From positions 1 to 57,088 of the forward strand of contig DASVDK010000379.1 in NCBI GenBank assembly GCA_036381125.1: a stretch of DNA of 57,088 nucleotides. Direction: 5' to 3'. Below the pieces are notes generated by a model that saw only the letters and a list, made by a program, of their open reading frames with translations, was not told where the DNA came from and made no database searches. This document shows, one piece after another, positions 17,747 through 25,283 of the stretch. The translations under genes and the position numbers were made by a program. Positions within the stretch are counted from its first letter, which is position 1. Each line of letters begins with the position of its first letter. The DNA is from Thermodesulfobacteriota bacterium. Its GTDB lineage: Bacteria; DASVDK01.

Positions 17747-19231
17747 CTAGAGCCGGGCGGCCTGCGGCGCCCGTACCGGCTGACCGCGCCTGGCCCGCCG
17801 CCGCGCCCTGGCCTCCTCGTGCGCGAGGTCCGGGATCGCGCCGAGTACCGGCAGGCCGTACGCCTGCTTCAACTCCTCCACCGTGCGCACCGACTGGTCG
17901 AGCGTCTCGCCGAGATAGACGCCGCCCGCACCGGCCCCGAGACCGAGCACCAGGCCGACGAGGAGGATCTTGAGCCGGTCCGGCTTGACCGGCCGCTTCG
18001 GGACGTCGGCGGGGTCGAGCACCGTGAAGGTCTCCCCGGCCTGCTTGCGCTCGAGGTCCTCGGCCATGCCCGCCTGGATCTGCTTGCCGAGCAGCGACTG
18101 GTAGGTGGCCTTGAGGTTCTCGTAGTCACGTGTGAGCGTCGCGTACTCCTGCTCGCGCCGCGGCATGGCGGCCACGAGGGCACGCGCCTCCTGGATCTGG
18201 CGCTCGAGTTCCTGCCGCTCTGCCGCCCGGCTGGCGAGGTCGACGCGGATCTGATCGAACTCGCGCTGCAGCGCGACGTACATCGGGTCGCGGGCGAGCT
18301 CCGCGGCCGGCGCGGGCGGCAGCGAGACCTGGCCCCCGCCGTTCCGCATCTGGGCCTCGATCTCCTTGATCCGGCGCCGCGTCATGACGACGTCCGGGTG
18401 CCGGCTGGTGAACTGGGTCTCGAGCGCCTGCAGCTCCGCGTGGAGCCTGACGAGCTCGGCCCGAAGCGGCGAGACCGCCTCCGGCTCGGCCGCCCGGGCG
18501 CGAAGCGAGGCCATCTGCTGCTGCACGAGGCCGCGCCGCTCCGTGAGCCGGAGCGTCGCCTCGCGGTTGGCCGCGAGTCGCTGCTCGAGCTGGTCGAGCG
18601 CCCGGAGGTTCGCCTCCTTCTGCTCCGGCAGCTCGCCGAGGTGCGCCTCGCGATAGGCGCGGATCTCCGCCTCCTTGGCCGCGAGCTGCTCCTCCATTTC
18701 CCGCCGCTGCTGGTCGATGAACTGGGCGGTTCCCTCGGCCCGCTGCGCCCGGATCTTCGAGTTCTCGGCGATGAAGAGGGAGGCGAGCTGGTTGGTGATC
18801 TGCTGGACCAGCCGCGGCTCGCGCCCCTCGAACCCGATCACGAAGGAGTCGCTCCCCGACACCCGCACGTCGATGTGCTGGCGGAGCCCGTTCACGCGCC
18901 GCTCCATCGCCGCCGGGTCGTCCCAGTCCTCGCGCCAGAGGCCGAGCGTGCGGATGACCTGCTCGAGCCGGGTCCGGCTCATGACCTGCTGGGAGAGCGT
19001 CGTCAGGCGGTCCTTGACCTCGATGTTCGAGATGGGGGCGATGTACCGCTCGGGGATCTTGGCCGGGTCGACGAGGATCACCGTCTCGGCCCGGTACACG
19101 TCGGGCAGCCACCAGGCGACCAGCGCCGAGCCGAGCACGATCACGAGGAACGGGATCAGGAAGAGCCACCACCGCCGGGCGATCAACGCCCGGATCTCCG
19201 CCATCCCGAACGCCTGCCGAATGGTCTCCAT
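17747..19231 (-). CDS. polysaccharide chain-length determinant (Wzz/PCP family, no kinase domain)
   Basis: ORF 17747..19234. I prefer ATG 19231, with GGGGGAG 4 nt upstream. N-terminal TM (WWLFLIPFLVIVLGSALVAWW), YRAETVILV, a long coiled-coil region, and a C-terminal TM (LKILLVGLVLGLGAGAGGVYL). Confidence 0.85.
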   Translation of the reverse strand: METIRQAFGMAEIRALIARRWWLFLIPFLVIVLGSALVAWWLPDVYRAETVILVDPAKIPERYIAPISNIEVKDRLTTLSQQVMSRTRLEQVIRTLGLWREDWDDPAAMERRVNGLRQHIDVRVSGSDSFVIGFEGREPRLVQQITNQLASLFIAENSKIRAQRAEGTAQFIDQQRREMEEQLAAKEAEIRAYREAHLGELPEQKEANLRALDQLEQRLAANREATLRLTERRGLVQQQMASLRARAAEPEAVSPLRAELVRLHAELQALETQFTSRHPDVVMTRRRIKEIEAQMRNGGGQVSLPPAPAAELARDPMYVALQREFDQIRVDLASRAAERQELERQIQEARALVAAMPRREQEYATLTRDYENLKATYQSLLGKQIQAGMAEDLERKQAGETFTVLDPADVPKRPVKPDRLKILLVGLVLGLGAGAGGVYLGETLDQSVRTVEELKQAYGLPVLGAIPDLAHEEARARRRARRGQPVRAPQAARL

Positions 19232-19268
19232 CACACTCCCCCGGCGACTGTCGCCGCCTCGAAGGACG

Positions 19269-20561
19269 TCACGGGGCGAGACCGGCCATCTCCCGGATCG
19301 GCCAGAGGACCTCGATCCCGACGAGGGCGCTGTTCTCGTCGATACCCGACCGGCCGTCGACCTGGTCCTCGTACCGGTACCGGTACGACACGAGCGCCGA
19401 CGCCCACCGGATGAACCGCCACGAGAGGCTGACGGTCCCCTGGACCGTGTCGGAATCCGTCCCCAGGCCGCGCACCGACCTGGTGCGCAGGAACGCGAGC
19501 GCCCCCCCGGCCGACAGTCCCGGGCTCAGCGTCCGGCTGATCGACGCCTCCAGCACGTCGCGCGTGGAGACGTCGCCCGACCCGTCGCCCGTCCCGATCT
19601 CCCGCGCGATCCGCAGTTGCCACTGTCCCTGCGCCAGGTCTCCGCGCAGCGTCGCCCCGCCGTATCCGAGGTCCTCGTCGCCAACCTCGTCGCCCCCCTC
19701 GTCGCCGCCGTCGCGCGTGCGGACCGCGGCATAGCCGGCCGTGAGGGCGAGCCGGAGGACCTCCGAGATGCGCCGCTCCCACGAGAGGTCCGCGCGCACG
19801 ACGGTCGCGTCGGGGGTCACCTCGAACAGCGTCAGGTCGTACCGCAGCCCCAGCTCGAGGTCGTCCGCCGGGGTCAGGCGGTAGTCCGTCGAGAGCCGGC
19901 CGGCGTACGTCTGCTCGTCCTCCACGAAGAGGTCGTCGAGCGACTCGTTGACGATCCAGAGGGCCTCGGCCCCGACGGCCCAGCGCGGCGTGAGGTCGTA
20001 GTCCGTCCCGACCCGGAGCTGATTCCTGATCTCGTCCTCCCGGACGAGGAGCGACCGGAGGTCCAGGACGTCCACGCCGGGGGTCCGCGCCGCTTCCTCG
20101 AAGCTGCGAAACGTCTGCCCCTGCGGGGTCACGAAGACGAGGTCCTGGGTCGGGTCGGGCGAGAGCCGGAAGTCCTCCCGGAGGAAGAGCCTCCAGCGTG
20201 GGGTCGCCATGTAGTCGAGCCGGGCGCTCGCATTGTGGTCCACCCCCGGGCTCTCGCCCTCGCGGAAGTGCTCGAACCGGAAGTTCACGGCGTACTGGGC
20301 GGTCCCCTCGAGCTTCCCGCCGACCACGCCGGCCCGAATGCCAGGCGTCACGTTCGACGTGAACCCGCTGCGCTCGTTCTCGGGGACGAAGTCGACGTTG
20401 TCGCTGAAGGTCTCGCTCAAGCCGACCGACGGGACCAGCTCGAACCGCTGCTGGGCGGCCGCGCGCGTGGCCAGGGCCAGCGTCAGGGCCGCGGCGCCCG
20501 CCGGGAGCGCGAGGCCGGCGGCCACGCACCCCGCCATCCGTCTCGTCATCCGCGCCGCCAT
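19269..20561 (-). CDS. predicted outer-membrane beta-barrel protein of the EPS export module
   Basis: ORF 19269..20561. Signal peptide ending ATRAAAQQ, then alternating-hydrophobicity strands with frequent aromatic residues and Asp/Gly turns. It starts 2 nt after the Wza-like gene. Confidence 0.7.
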   Translation of the reverse strand: MAARMTRRMAGCVAAGLALPAGAAALTLALATRAAAQQRFELVPSVGLSETFSDNVDFVPENERSGFTSNVTPGIRAGVVGGKLEGTAQYAVNFRFEHFREGESPGVDHNASARLDYMATPRWRLFLREDFRLSPDPTQDLVFVTPQGQTFRSFEEAARTPGVDVLDLRSLLVREDEIRNQLRVGTDYDLTPRWAVGAEALWIVNESLDDLFVEDEQTYAGRLSTDYRLTPADDLELGLRYDLTLFEVTPDATVVRADLSWERRISEVLRLALTAGYAAVRTRDGGDEGGDEVGDEDLGYGGATLRGDLAQGQWQLRIAREIGTGDGSGDVSTRDVLEASISRTLSPGLSAGGALAFLRTRSVRGLGTDSDTVQGTVSLSWRFIRWASALVSYRYRYEDQVDGRSGIDENSALVGIEVLWPIREMAGLAP

Positions 20562-20563
20562 GG

Positions 20564-21199
20564 CTAGAACAGGCTCTGCGGCACCATGATGGTGTCGTCG
20601 CGCTGCAGGAGGATGTTCTGCCGGTCGTCGCCCGCGAGCAGGTCGTTGTAGCGGATGCCGATCCGCATGAGCCGCCCGTCGGGTCCCTTGCGGAGCACGA
20701 CCATCCGGTTGGGGGCCGCGAAGGGCGTCAGGCCGCCGGCGAGCGCGATCGCCTCGAGCACCGAGACGCGCCGCTTCACCTCGATCACGCCGGGCTTCTG
20801 CACCTGGCCGAGGACGTTGACCTTGAGGCTGTTGATCTCCTTGACCGCCACCGTCACGGCCGGCGCGGTGACGTACTCCTTCAACCGCCTGGCGATCTCG
20901 TCGCGCAGCTCGACCGCCGTGAGGCCGGCCGCCTGGATGTCGTTGAGGAGCGGAAGCGAGATCTTGCCGTCGGGGCGGACCGGCACCTCACCGGAGAGCT
21001 GCTCGTTGCGCCAGACGGTGATGTGCAGGACGTCGGCCGGGCCGATGCGGTATTCGTCGAGCGCCGCCGCGGTCGCCGGGACGGCGGCGCCGACGGTCCC
21101 GCGGTCGGCGCCGGCCGGTCCGGTCGTCCCGCACCCCGCGAGCGCGGGGACGACGACTGCCGCGAGAACGAGGGATACGTGCCACCTTGGCTGCCGCAT
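20564..21199 (-). CDS. polysaccharide export lipoprotein (short Wza/EpsA-like)
   Basis: C-terminal 211 codons of ORF 20564..22687, from ATG 21199. Lipobox VPALAGC. YRIGPADVLHITVW (Poly_export motif) followed by an SLBB-like domain. Confidence 0.85.
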   Translation of the reverse strand: MRQPRWHVSLVLAAVVVPALAGCGTTGPAGADRGTVGAAVPATAAALDEYRIGPADVLHITVWRNEQLSGEVPVRPDGKISLPLLNDIQAAGLTAVELRDEIARRLKEYVTAPAVTVAVKEINSLKVNVLGQVQKPGVIEVKRRVSVLEAIALAGGLTPFAAPNRMVVLRKGPDGRLMRIGIRYNDLLAGDDRQNILLQRDDTIMVPQSLF

Positions 21200-21303
21200 C
21201 GTCACGCGCCTCCACCGGCTCGCCGCCGGCATCGACTCCGGGCTCCCGCGTCCGTGAGGCGGCCGCCGCACGCCCCGACGGCCCCCCGCGGTCGGTCGTT
21301 TCG

Positions 21304-22734
21304 TCAGGCCGGGTGCCGGTCGAGTTCGTTCTCCTTGATCTTGTAGAGGAGCGCCTTGTAGGAGATCTGGAGGATCTCCGCGGCCTCTTTCCGGTTCCAC
21401 CGCGTCCAGTTGAGCACCTGCGAGATGACCTCCCGCTCCGCCTTGCGCGCGGCTTCCCGGCCGACGTCCTTCAGCGACACCGGCCGATCGCCGTCGGCCT
21501 CGATCGGCGTTTCGGCCGCCACGCTGGCGGCCGCCGCGACCGCCTGCGCCTCGGGCTCGATCTCGCGGCTGCGCAGGGCGAACTCCGTGTGGATGGCCGA
21601 CTCGTTGCCGAGGACCACCGCTCGCTTGATCATGTTCTCGAGCTCGCGCACGTTGCCCGGCCAGTGGTAGGTCATGAACCGCCGCATCGTCTCCTCGGTG
21701 AGCGGACGATAGGGCCGGTTGTACTGCCGCGAGTAGCGGGTCAGGAAGTGGTCCACCAGCAGCGGGATCTCGTCGCGCCGCTCGCGCAGGGGCGGCAGCG
21801 TGACGCTGACCACGTTCAGCCGGTAGTAGAGGTCCTCGCGAAAGTGCCCCTCGCGGACCGCCTTCTGGAGGTCGCGGTTGGTGGCGGCCAGCACCCGAAC
21901 GTCCACCGAGACGTCCCCCTCGCCGCCGAGGCGCGAGAACTCCCCGTCCTGGAGGACCTGCAGGAGCTTCGCCTGCAGCGCGGGGTGCATCTCGCTGATC
22001 TCGTCGAGGAAGATCGTGCCGTGGTTGGCCAGCTCGAACTTCCCCTGCTTGCGGAGGTTCGCCCCGGTGAACGCGCCCCGCTCGTAGCCGAACAGCTCGC
22101 TCTCGAGGAGCTGCTCGGGGAGCGCCGCGCAGTTGATCTTGACGAACGGCTTGTCCCGCCGGTGGGACTCCTGGAAGAGGGTCCGGGCGACCACCTCCTT
22201 CCCGGTCCCGCTCTCGCCCCGGATGAGGACGGTCACGTCCGTCTTCGCCACCTGGTCGATCATCTGACGGACGTGGTGCATCCGCTCGTTCTCGCCGAAG
22301 AGCAACTGGTAGCTCGTCTGCTCCTGGATCTGCTCCTTGAGCGAGCGGACCTCGGACGCCAGCTCGAGCCGGTCGAGGACCTTCGTGATCGTGAAGTTCA
22401 GCTCCTCCGGGTCGAACGGCTTGTTGAGGAAGTCGTTCGCCCCGAGCTTCATCGCCTTGACGATCGTCTGCGCCCGGCCGTGCGCCGACAGCATGATCAC
22501 CGACACGTCCGGCCGGACCGCCTTGATCTCCTCGAGCGTACGCAGGCCGTCCTTGCCCGGCATGAGCACGTCCAGCACGACCACGGTCGGCTTGAACGCC
22601 TGCACCTGGCGGACGGCGTCGTCTCCGTTCTGGACGCTGATGCAGTGGAACCCGTACTGGGCGAGCAGCGTCCGCAGGTAGTTGCACATGGACGGCTCGT
22701 CGTCCACGACGAGCACTCGGGTCTTCTCGGCCAA
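21304..22734 (-). CDS. sigma-54-dependent response regulator (NtrC family EBP; PrsR-like), copy 1
   Basis: ORF 21304..22950. Receiver domain (RVLVVDDE, VVLDVLMPGKDG), AAA+ domain (VLIRGESGTGKE, GAFTGA, ESELFGY, FLDEI), and a C-terminal Fis-type HTH (NRKEAAEILQISYKALLYKIKE). The start is uncertain: TTG 22734 (after AAGGGGGGG) or GTG 22749. Confidence 0.9.
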   Translation of the reverse strand: MAEKTRVLVVDDEPSMCNYLRTLLAQYGFHCISVQNGDDAVRQVQAFKPTVVVLDVLMPGKDGLRTLEEIKAVRPDVSVIMLSAHGRAQTIVKAMKLGANDFLNKPFDPEELNFTITKVLDRLELASEVRSLKEQIQEQTSYQLLFGENERMHHVRQMIDQVAKTDVTVLIRGESGTGKEVVARTLFQESHRRDKPFVKINCAALPEQLLESELFGYERGAFTGANLRKQGKFELANHGTIFLDEISEMHPALQAKLLQVLQDGEFSRLGGEGDVSVDVRVLAATNRDLQKAVREGHFREDLYYRLNVVSVTLPPLRERRDEIPLLVDHFLTRYSRQYNRPYRPLTEETMRRFMTYHWPGNVRELENMIKRAVVLGNESAIHTEFALRSREIEPEAQAVAAAASVAAETPIEADGDRPVSLKDVGREAARKAEREVISQVLNWTRWNRKEAAEILQISYKALLYKIKENELDRHPA

Positions 22735-22837
22735 TTCCCCCCCTTGCACGTGAGGCGCCGCTTGCCCGGAGGTCGCCCCGTCGAGGTGTGGTTCGCCAGC
22801 AGACCGGACAAGCGGCCTACGTTCCGCGTGACGTTGA

Positions 22838-22852
22838 GCAAGCGATGTGCCA
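22838..22852 (-). promoter_or_regulatory. candidate sigma-54 (RpoN) -24/-12 promoter
   Basis: The minus strand reads CTTGGCACATCGCTTGCTC, i.e. TGGCAC-N5-TTGC with canonical spacing, about 90-105 nt upstream of the EBP copy 1 start. Confidence 0.6.
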
Positions 22853-23056
22853 AGGGGATCTCGCCCCGCGGCGGCCGTGACGGCGCGCAAGGCAAACGCG
22901 CCCGCCCTCGTCGGATGCGGCGATTGGCCGCTTGACGCGGGGCCGAGCACGCGGTCGCGTCGATCGGGCTGTCGTGAGGATTGCCCTGCCGAGGGAAAAG
23001 ATTTGCCGCGGCAGGCAGCCGGTCGCAGAACCGGGAAGCGGTTCCGGCGTCGAGTC

Positions 23057-23072
23057 GTCAGGAGGGGGGCGG
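23057..23072. repeat. partial copy (GTCAGGAGGGGGGCGG) of the intergenic repeat
   Basis: 16-nt identity with the core of the two 36-bp repeats. It lies 73 bp upstream (plus-strand sense) of the next core. Confidence 0.7.
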
Positions 23073-23116
23073 GCCATCGGTTGCCTGATCGCCCCGCGAA
23101 GCCTTCGGCTTCGTGG

Positions 23117-23152
23117 GAATGGGGAGGTTGTCAGGAGGGGGGCGGAGCGTCG
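23117..23152. repeat. 36-bp direct repeat, copy A (GAATGGGGAGGTTGTCAGGAGGGGGGCGGAGCGTCG)
   Basis: Identical to 23219..23254, 102 bp away. Non-coding region between the two EBP genes. Confidence 0.9.
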
Positions 23153-23218
23153 GCCACGGAGACACCGGCGGCGCCTCTGGAGCGAAGGCCGGACTTGCTC
23201 CGGCCGGAGCGATTGAGA

Positions 23219-23254
23219 GAATGGGGAGGTTGTCAGGAGGGGGGCGGAGCGTCG
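23219..23254. repeat. 36-bp direct repeat, copy B
   Basis: Perfect copy of 23117..23152. Confidence 0.9.
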
Positions 23255-23285
23255 ATGAGAGACAGCGCGGAGTCCCCCTCCTGAC
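23232..23285 (-). terminator. 12-bp GC-rich inverted repeat directly after the EBP copy 2 stop (hairpin, possible terminator or insulator)
   Basis: GTCAGGAGGGGG (23232-23243) pairs with CCCCCTCCTGAC (23274-23285) across a 30-nt loop. It starts 3 nt after the TAG at 23288-23290. There is no clear U-tract. Confidence 0.3.
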
Positions 23286-23287
23286 TC

Positions 23288-24757
23288 CTATCGCCCGCCG
23301 TTCACGATCCCGCTTTCCTTGATCTTGTAGAGGAGCGCCTTGTAGGAGATGTTCAGGATCTTGGCGGCCTTCTTCCGGTTCCAGTTGGTCTGGTTGAGGA
23401 CGCGCTGGATGATCTCCTTCTCGGCCTCGAGCGCCGCCTTCTTCGTGATCTCCTTGAGCGAGATCGCCTGCGGTCCGGCGGGGCGCCCCTGGCCGTCGAC
23501 CGCCACGCCGACCGCCGGGACCGGGGCCGCCGGCACGGGAGCGCCGGCGCTCGCCGAGGCGGCGGCCGCCGCCTGACGCGCCGCGTTGATCGAGGCGTTC
23601 AGCTCGGCCACGACGGACGCCTGGTCCTCGAGGACGACGATGCGCTTGATCATGTTCTCGAGCTCGCGCACGTTGCCGGGCCACTCGTGCGTCATGAAGA
23701 GGCCCATGAGGTTCTCGGGCACCTGCGCGATGTTCTTGTTGAACTTCTTGTTGTACTTCTCGAGGAAGTACTCGCAGAGGATCGGGATCTCCTCCTTGCG
23801 CTCGCGCAGCGCCGGGACGTAGATGCTGACGACGTTGAGCCGATAGTACAGGTCCTCGCGGAACCGCCCCTCCTTCACCATCAGCTCGAGGTCCTTGTTC
23901 GTCGCCGCGACGACCCGCACGTCGACCTGGATGTCGCGCTTGCCGCCGAGCCGCGAGAACTCCCCGTCCTGGAGGACCTGCAGGAGCTTCGCCTGGAGCG
24001 GCGGCGACATCTCGGCGATCTCGTCGAGGAAGATGGTCCCCTCGTTGGCCAGCTCGAACTTGCCCGGCTTCTGCTTGAAGGCGCCGGTGAAGGCCCCCTT
24101 CTCGAAGCCGAACAGCTCGCTCTCGAGCAGCTCCTCCGGCAGCGCGGCGCAGTTCACCTTGATGAACGGCTTTTTCGCGCGGAGCGAGTTGAAGTGGATC
24201 GACCGGGAGACGATCTCCTTGCCGACGCCGCTCTCGCCGCGGATGAGGACGGTCACGTCGGTCGGCGCGACCTGCTCGATGATGTCCTTGACCTTGTTCA
24301 TCTTGTCGGAGACGGAGAGGAAGTACCCCTCCTTCCGCTTGACGTCGAGCTGGGTCTTGAGGCTCTTCAGCTCCTGGACGAGCTTGTTCTTCTCGAGGAC
24401 GGAGTTCATGGCGAAGTCCAGCTCCTCCTCCTCGAACGGCTTGGTGAGGTAGTCGGAGGCGCCGAGCTTCATGGCCTTGACGATGGTGCCGGTCTCTCCC
24501 ACCCCGGTCAGCATGATGACCGGGGTCTGCCGCGCGATCTTCCGGATGCGGCCGAGCACCTCGAGCCCGTCCATCTTCGGGAGCATGATGTCGAGGATGA
24601 TCAGCGAGAAGGTCGCCCCCTCCGAGAGGCGCTGCAGCGCCTCCTCACCGTCCTGGGCAAGGACGACGTCGAATCCCTTGAGCGTGAGGAGCGACTTCAG
24701 GTACTGGCGGATGTTCTCTTCGTCGTCCACCACGAGGATGGGCGGCAGGCGAGTCAT
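23288..24757 (-). CDS. sigma-54-dependent response regulator (NtrC family EBP), copy 2
   Basis: ORF 23288..24844. ATG 24757 is preceded by GGGAGGGAAGG. MTRLPPILVVDDE, LIILDIMLPKMDG, VLIRGESGVGKE, GAFTGA, and the C-terminal HTH NRKKAAKILNISYKALLYKIKE. By eye it looks roughly two-thirds identical to copy 1 (not computed). Confidence 0.9.
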   Translation of the reverse strand: MTRLPPILVVDDEENIRQYLKSLLTLKGFDVVLAQDGEEALQRLSEGATFSLIILDIMLPKMDGLEVLGRIRKIARQTPVIMLTGVGETGTIVKAMKLGASDYLTKPFEEEELDFAMNSVLEKNKLVQELKSLKTQLDVKRKEGYFLSVSDKMNKVKDIIEQVAPTDVTVLIRGESGVGKEIVSRSIHFNSLRAKKPFIKVNCAALPEELLESELFGFEKGAFTGAFKQKPGKFELANEGTIFLDEIAEMSPPLQAKLLQVLQDGEFSRLGGKRDIQVDVRVVAATNKDLELMVKEGRFREDLYYRLNVVSIYVPALRERKEEIPILCEYFLEKYNKKFNKNIAQVPENLMGLFMTHEWPGNVRELENMIKRIVVLEDQASVVAELNASINAARQAAAAASASAGAPVPAAPVPAVGVAVDGQGRPAGPQAISLKEITKKAALEAEKEIIQRVLNQTNWNRKKAAKILNISYKALLYKIKESGIVNGGR

Positions 24758-24788
24758 GTGCGGCCTTCCCTCCCAGGAATCGGGGGAG

Positions 24789-24817
24789 AGAGTATCAGAT
24801 TTCCCCGGGGGGGACAA
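24789..24817 (-). promoter_or_regulatory. weak sigma-70-like promoter candidate for EBP copy 2
   Basis: The minus strand reads TTGTCC, a 17-nt spacer, then TACTCT, about 30 nt upstream of ATG 24757. Based on the motif match only. Confidence 0.25.
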
Positions 24818-24918
24818 GCTGGCCCGAAACGGGAGGGTAATCACTTTCCTCTCCTCGGCCCAGGATCAGGCCATGCGACCCGAATCAGCCTCGGGAGAGG
24901 AAGCGGGTGGGCGTGCGA

Positions 24919-25233
24919 TTACTCTTCGTCGGCGTCGCCGGCCCCGTCGGGGGCCTTACCGTCGTTCACGCGCTCCTTCAGCTCCTTGCCGACCTTGAAG
25001 AAGGGGATCGTCTTCGCCTTGACCTCGATGGCCGCGCCGGTCTTGGGGTTGCGGCCGACGTACGGCTCGTAGCGCTTGTTGACGAACGACCCGAACCCCC
25101 GGATCTCGATGCGCCGGTTCCTGACGAGGGCCTCCGTCATCGCGTCGAAGATGGCGTTGACGACCTCCTCCGCCTTGTTGAGCGGAAGCTCCGCCCGGGC
25201 CGCGAGCACCTCCACAAGCTCCGACTTGTTCAT
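24919..25233 (-). CDS. ihfB: integration host factor beta subunit-like (HU/IHF family)
   Basis: ORF 24919..25233. MNKSELVEVLA, RIEIRGFGSF, GRNPKTG and FKVGKELKERVN closely follow the IHF-beta pattern. Confidence 0.85.
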   Translation of the reverse strand: MNKSELVEVLAARAELPLNKAEEVVNAIFDAMTEALVRNRRIEIRGFGSFVNKRYEPYVGRNPKTGAAIEVKAKTIPFFKVGKELKERVNDGKAPDGAGDADEE

Positions 25234-25283
25234 GTAGGCCCCCGAGCGAGAGCGCCCTTGTGGGCGCGGACCGATCCCTAATG

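Noticed and set aside
13875-19414. Very long plus-strand ORFs antisense to the EPS genes (13875..16754 at 959 aa and 16652..19414 at 920 aa; also 230..2566, 7244..8914, 38063..40846 and 42579..45200)
   Set aside because: Their translations are dominated by Arg/Pro/Gly/Ala/Asp with no motifs. They mirror well-supported genes on the other strand. This is the typical stop-codon-poor antisense frame of high-GC DNA.
21179-21184. A TGGCAC on the minus strand just inside the Wza-like gene, considered as a second sigma-54 promoter
   Set aside because: It is part of codons 6-7 (TGG CAC) of the CDS, and the sequence 5 nt downstream is CCTCG rather than TTGC.
23115-23150. G-quadruplex potential of the G-rich repeat (GGG, GGGG and GGGGGG tracts)
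   Set aside because: Only three independent G3 or longer tracts lie within a reasonable loop distance. The fourth would require splitting the G6 run with a zero-length loop.
22847-23322. Track ORFs 22847..23284 (+), 23113..23322 (+) and 23058..23684 (-) crossing the activator intergenic region, considered as possible small protein genes
   Set aside because: Their only distinctive content is the translated DNA repeat (WGGCQEGGGAS twice, MGRLSGGGRSV twice). They lack ribosome-binding sites and have no protein-like composition. The region is better explained as regulatory or repeat DNA.
23288-24757. Lower G+C of EBP copy 2 as evidence of horizontal transfer. My rough counts on a few 60-nt lines give about 60%, versus about 67% for copy 1 and over 70% for the biosynthetic genes.
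   Set aside because: The estimate is crude and the difference is modest. Conserved AAA+ regulators often sit below the genomic GC. It needs a real windowed GC and codon-usage calculation before any claim can be made.
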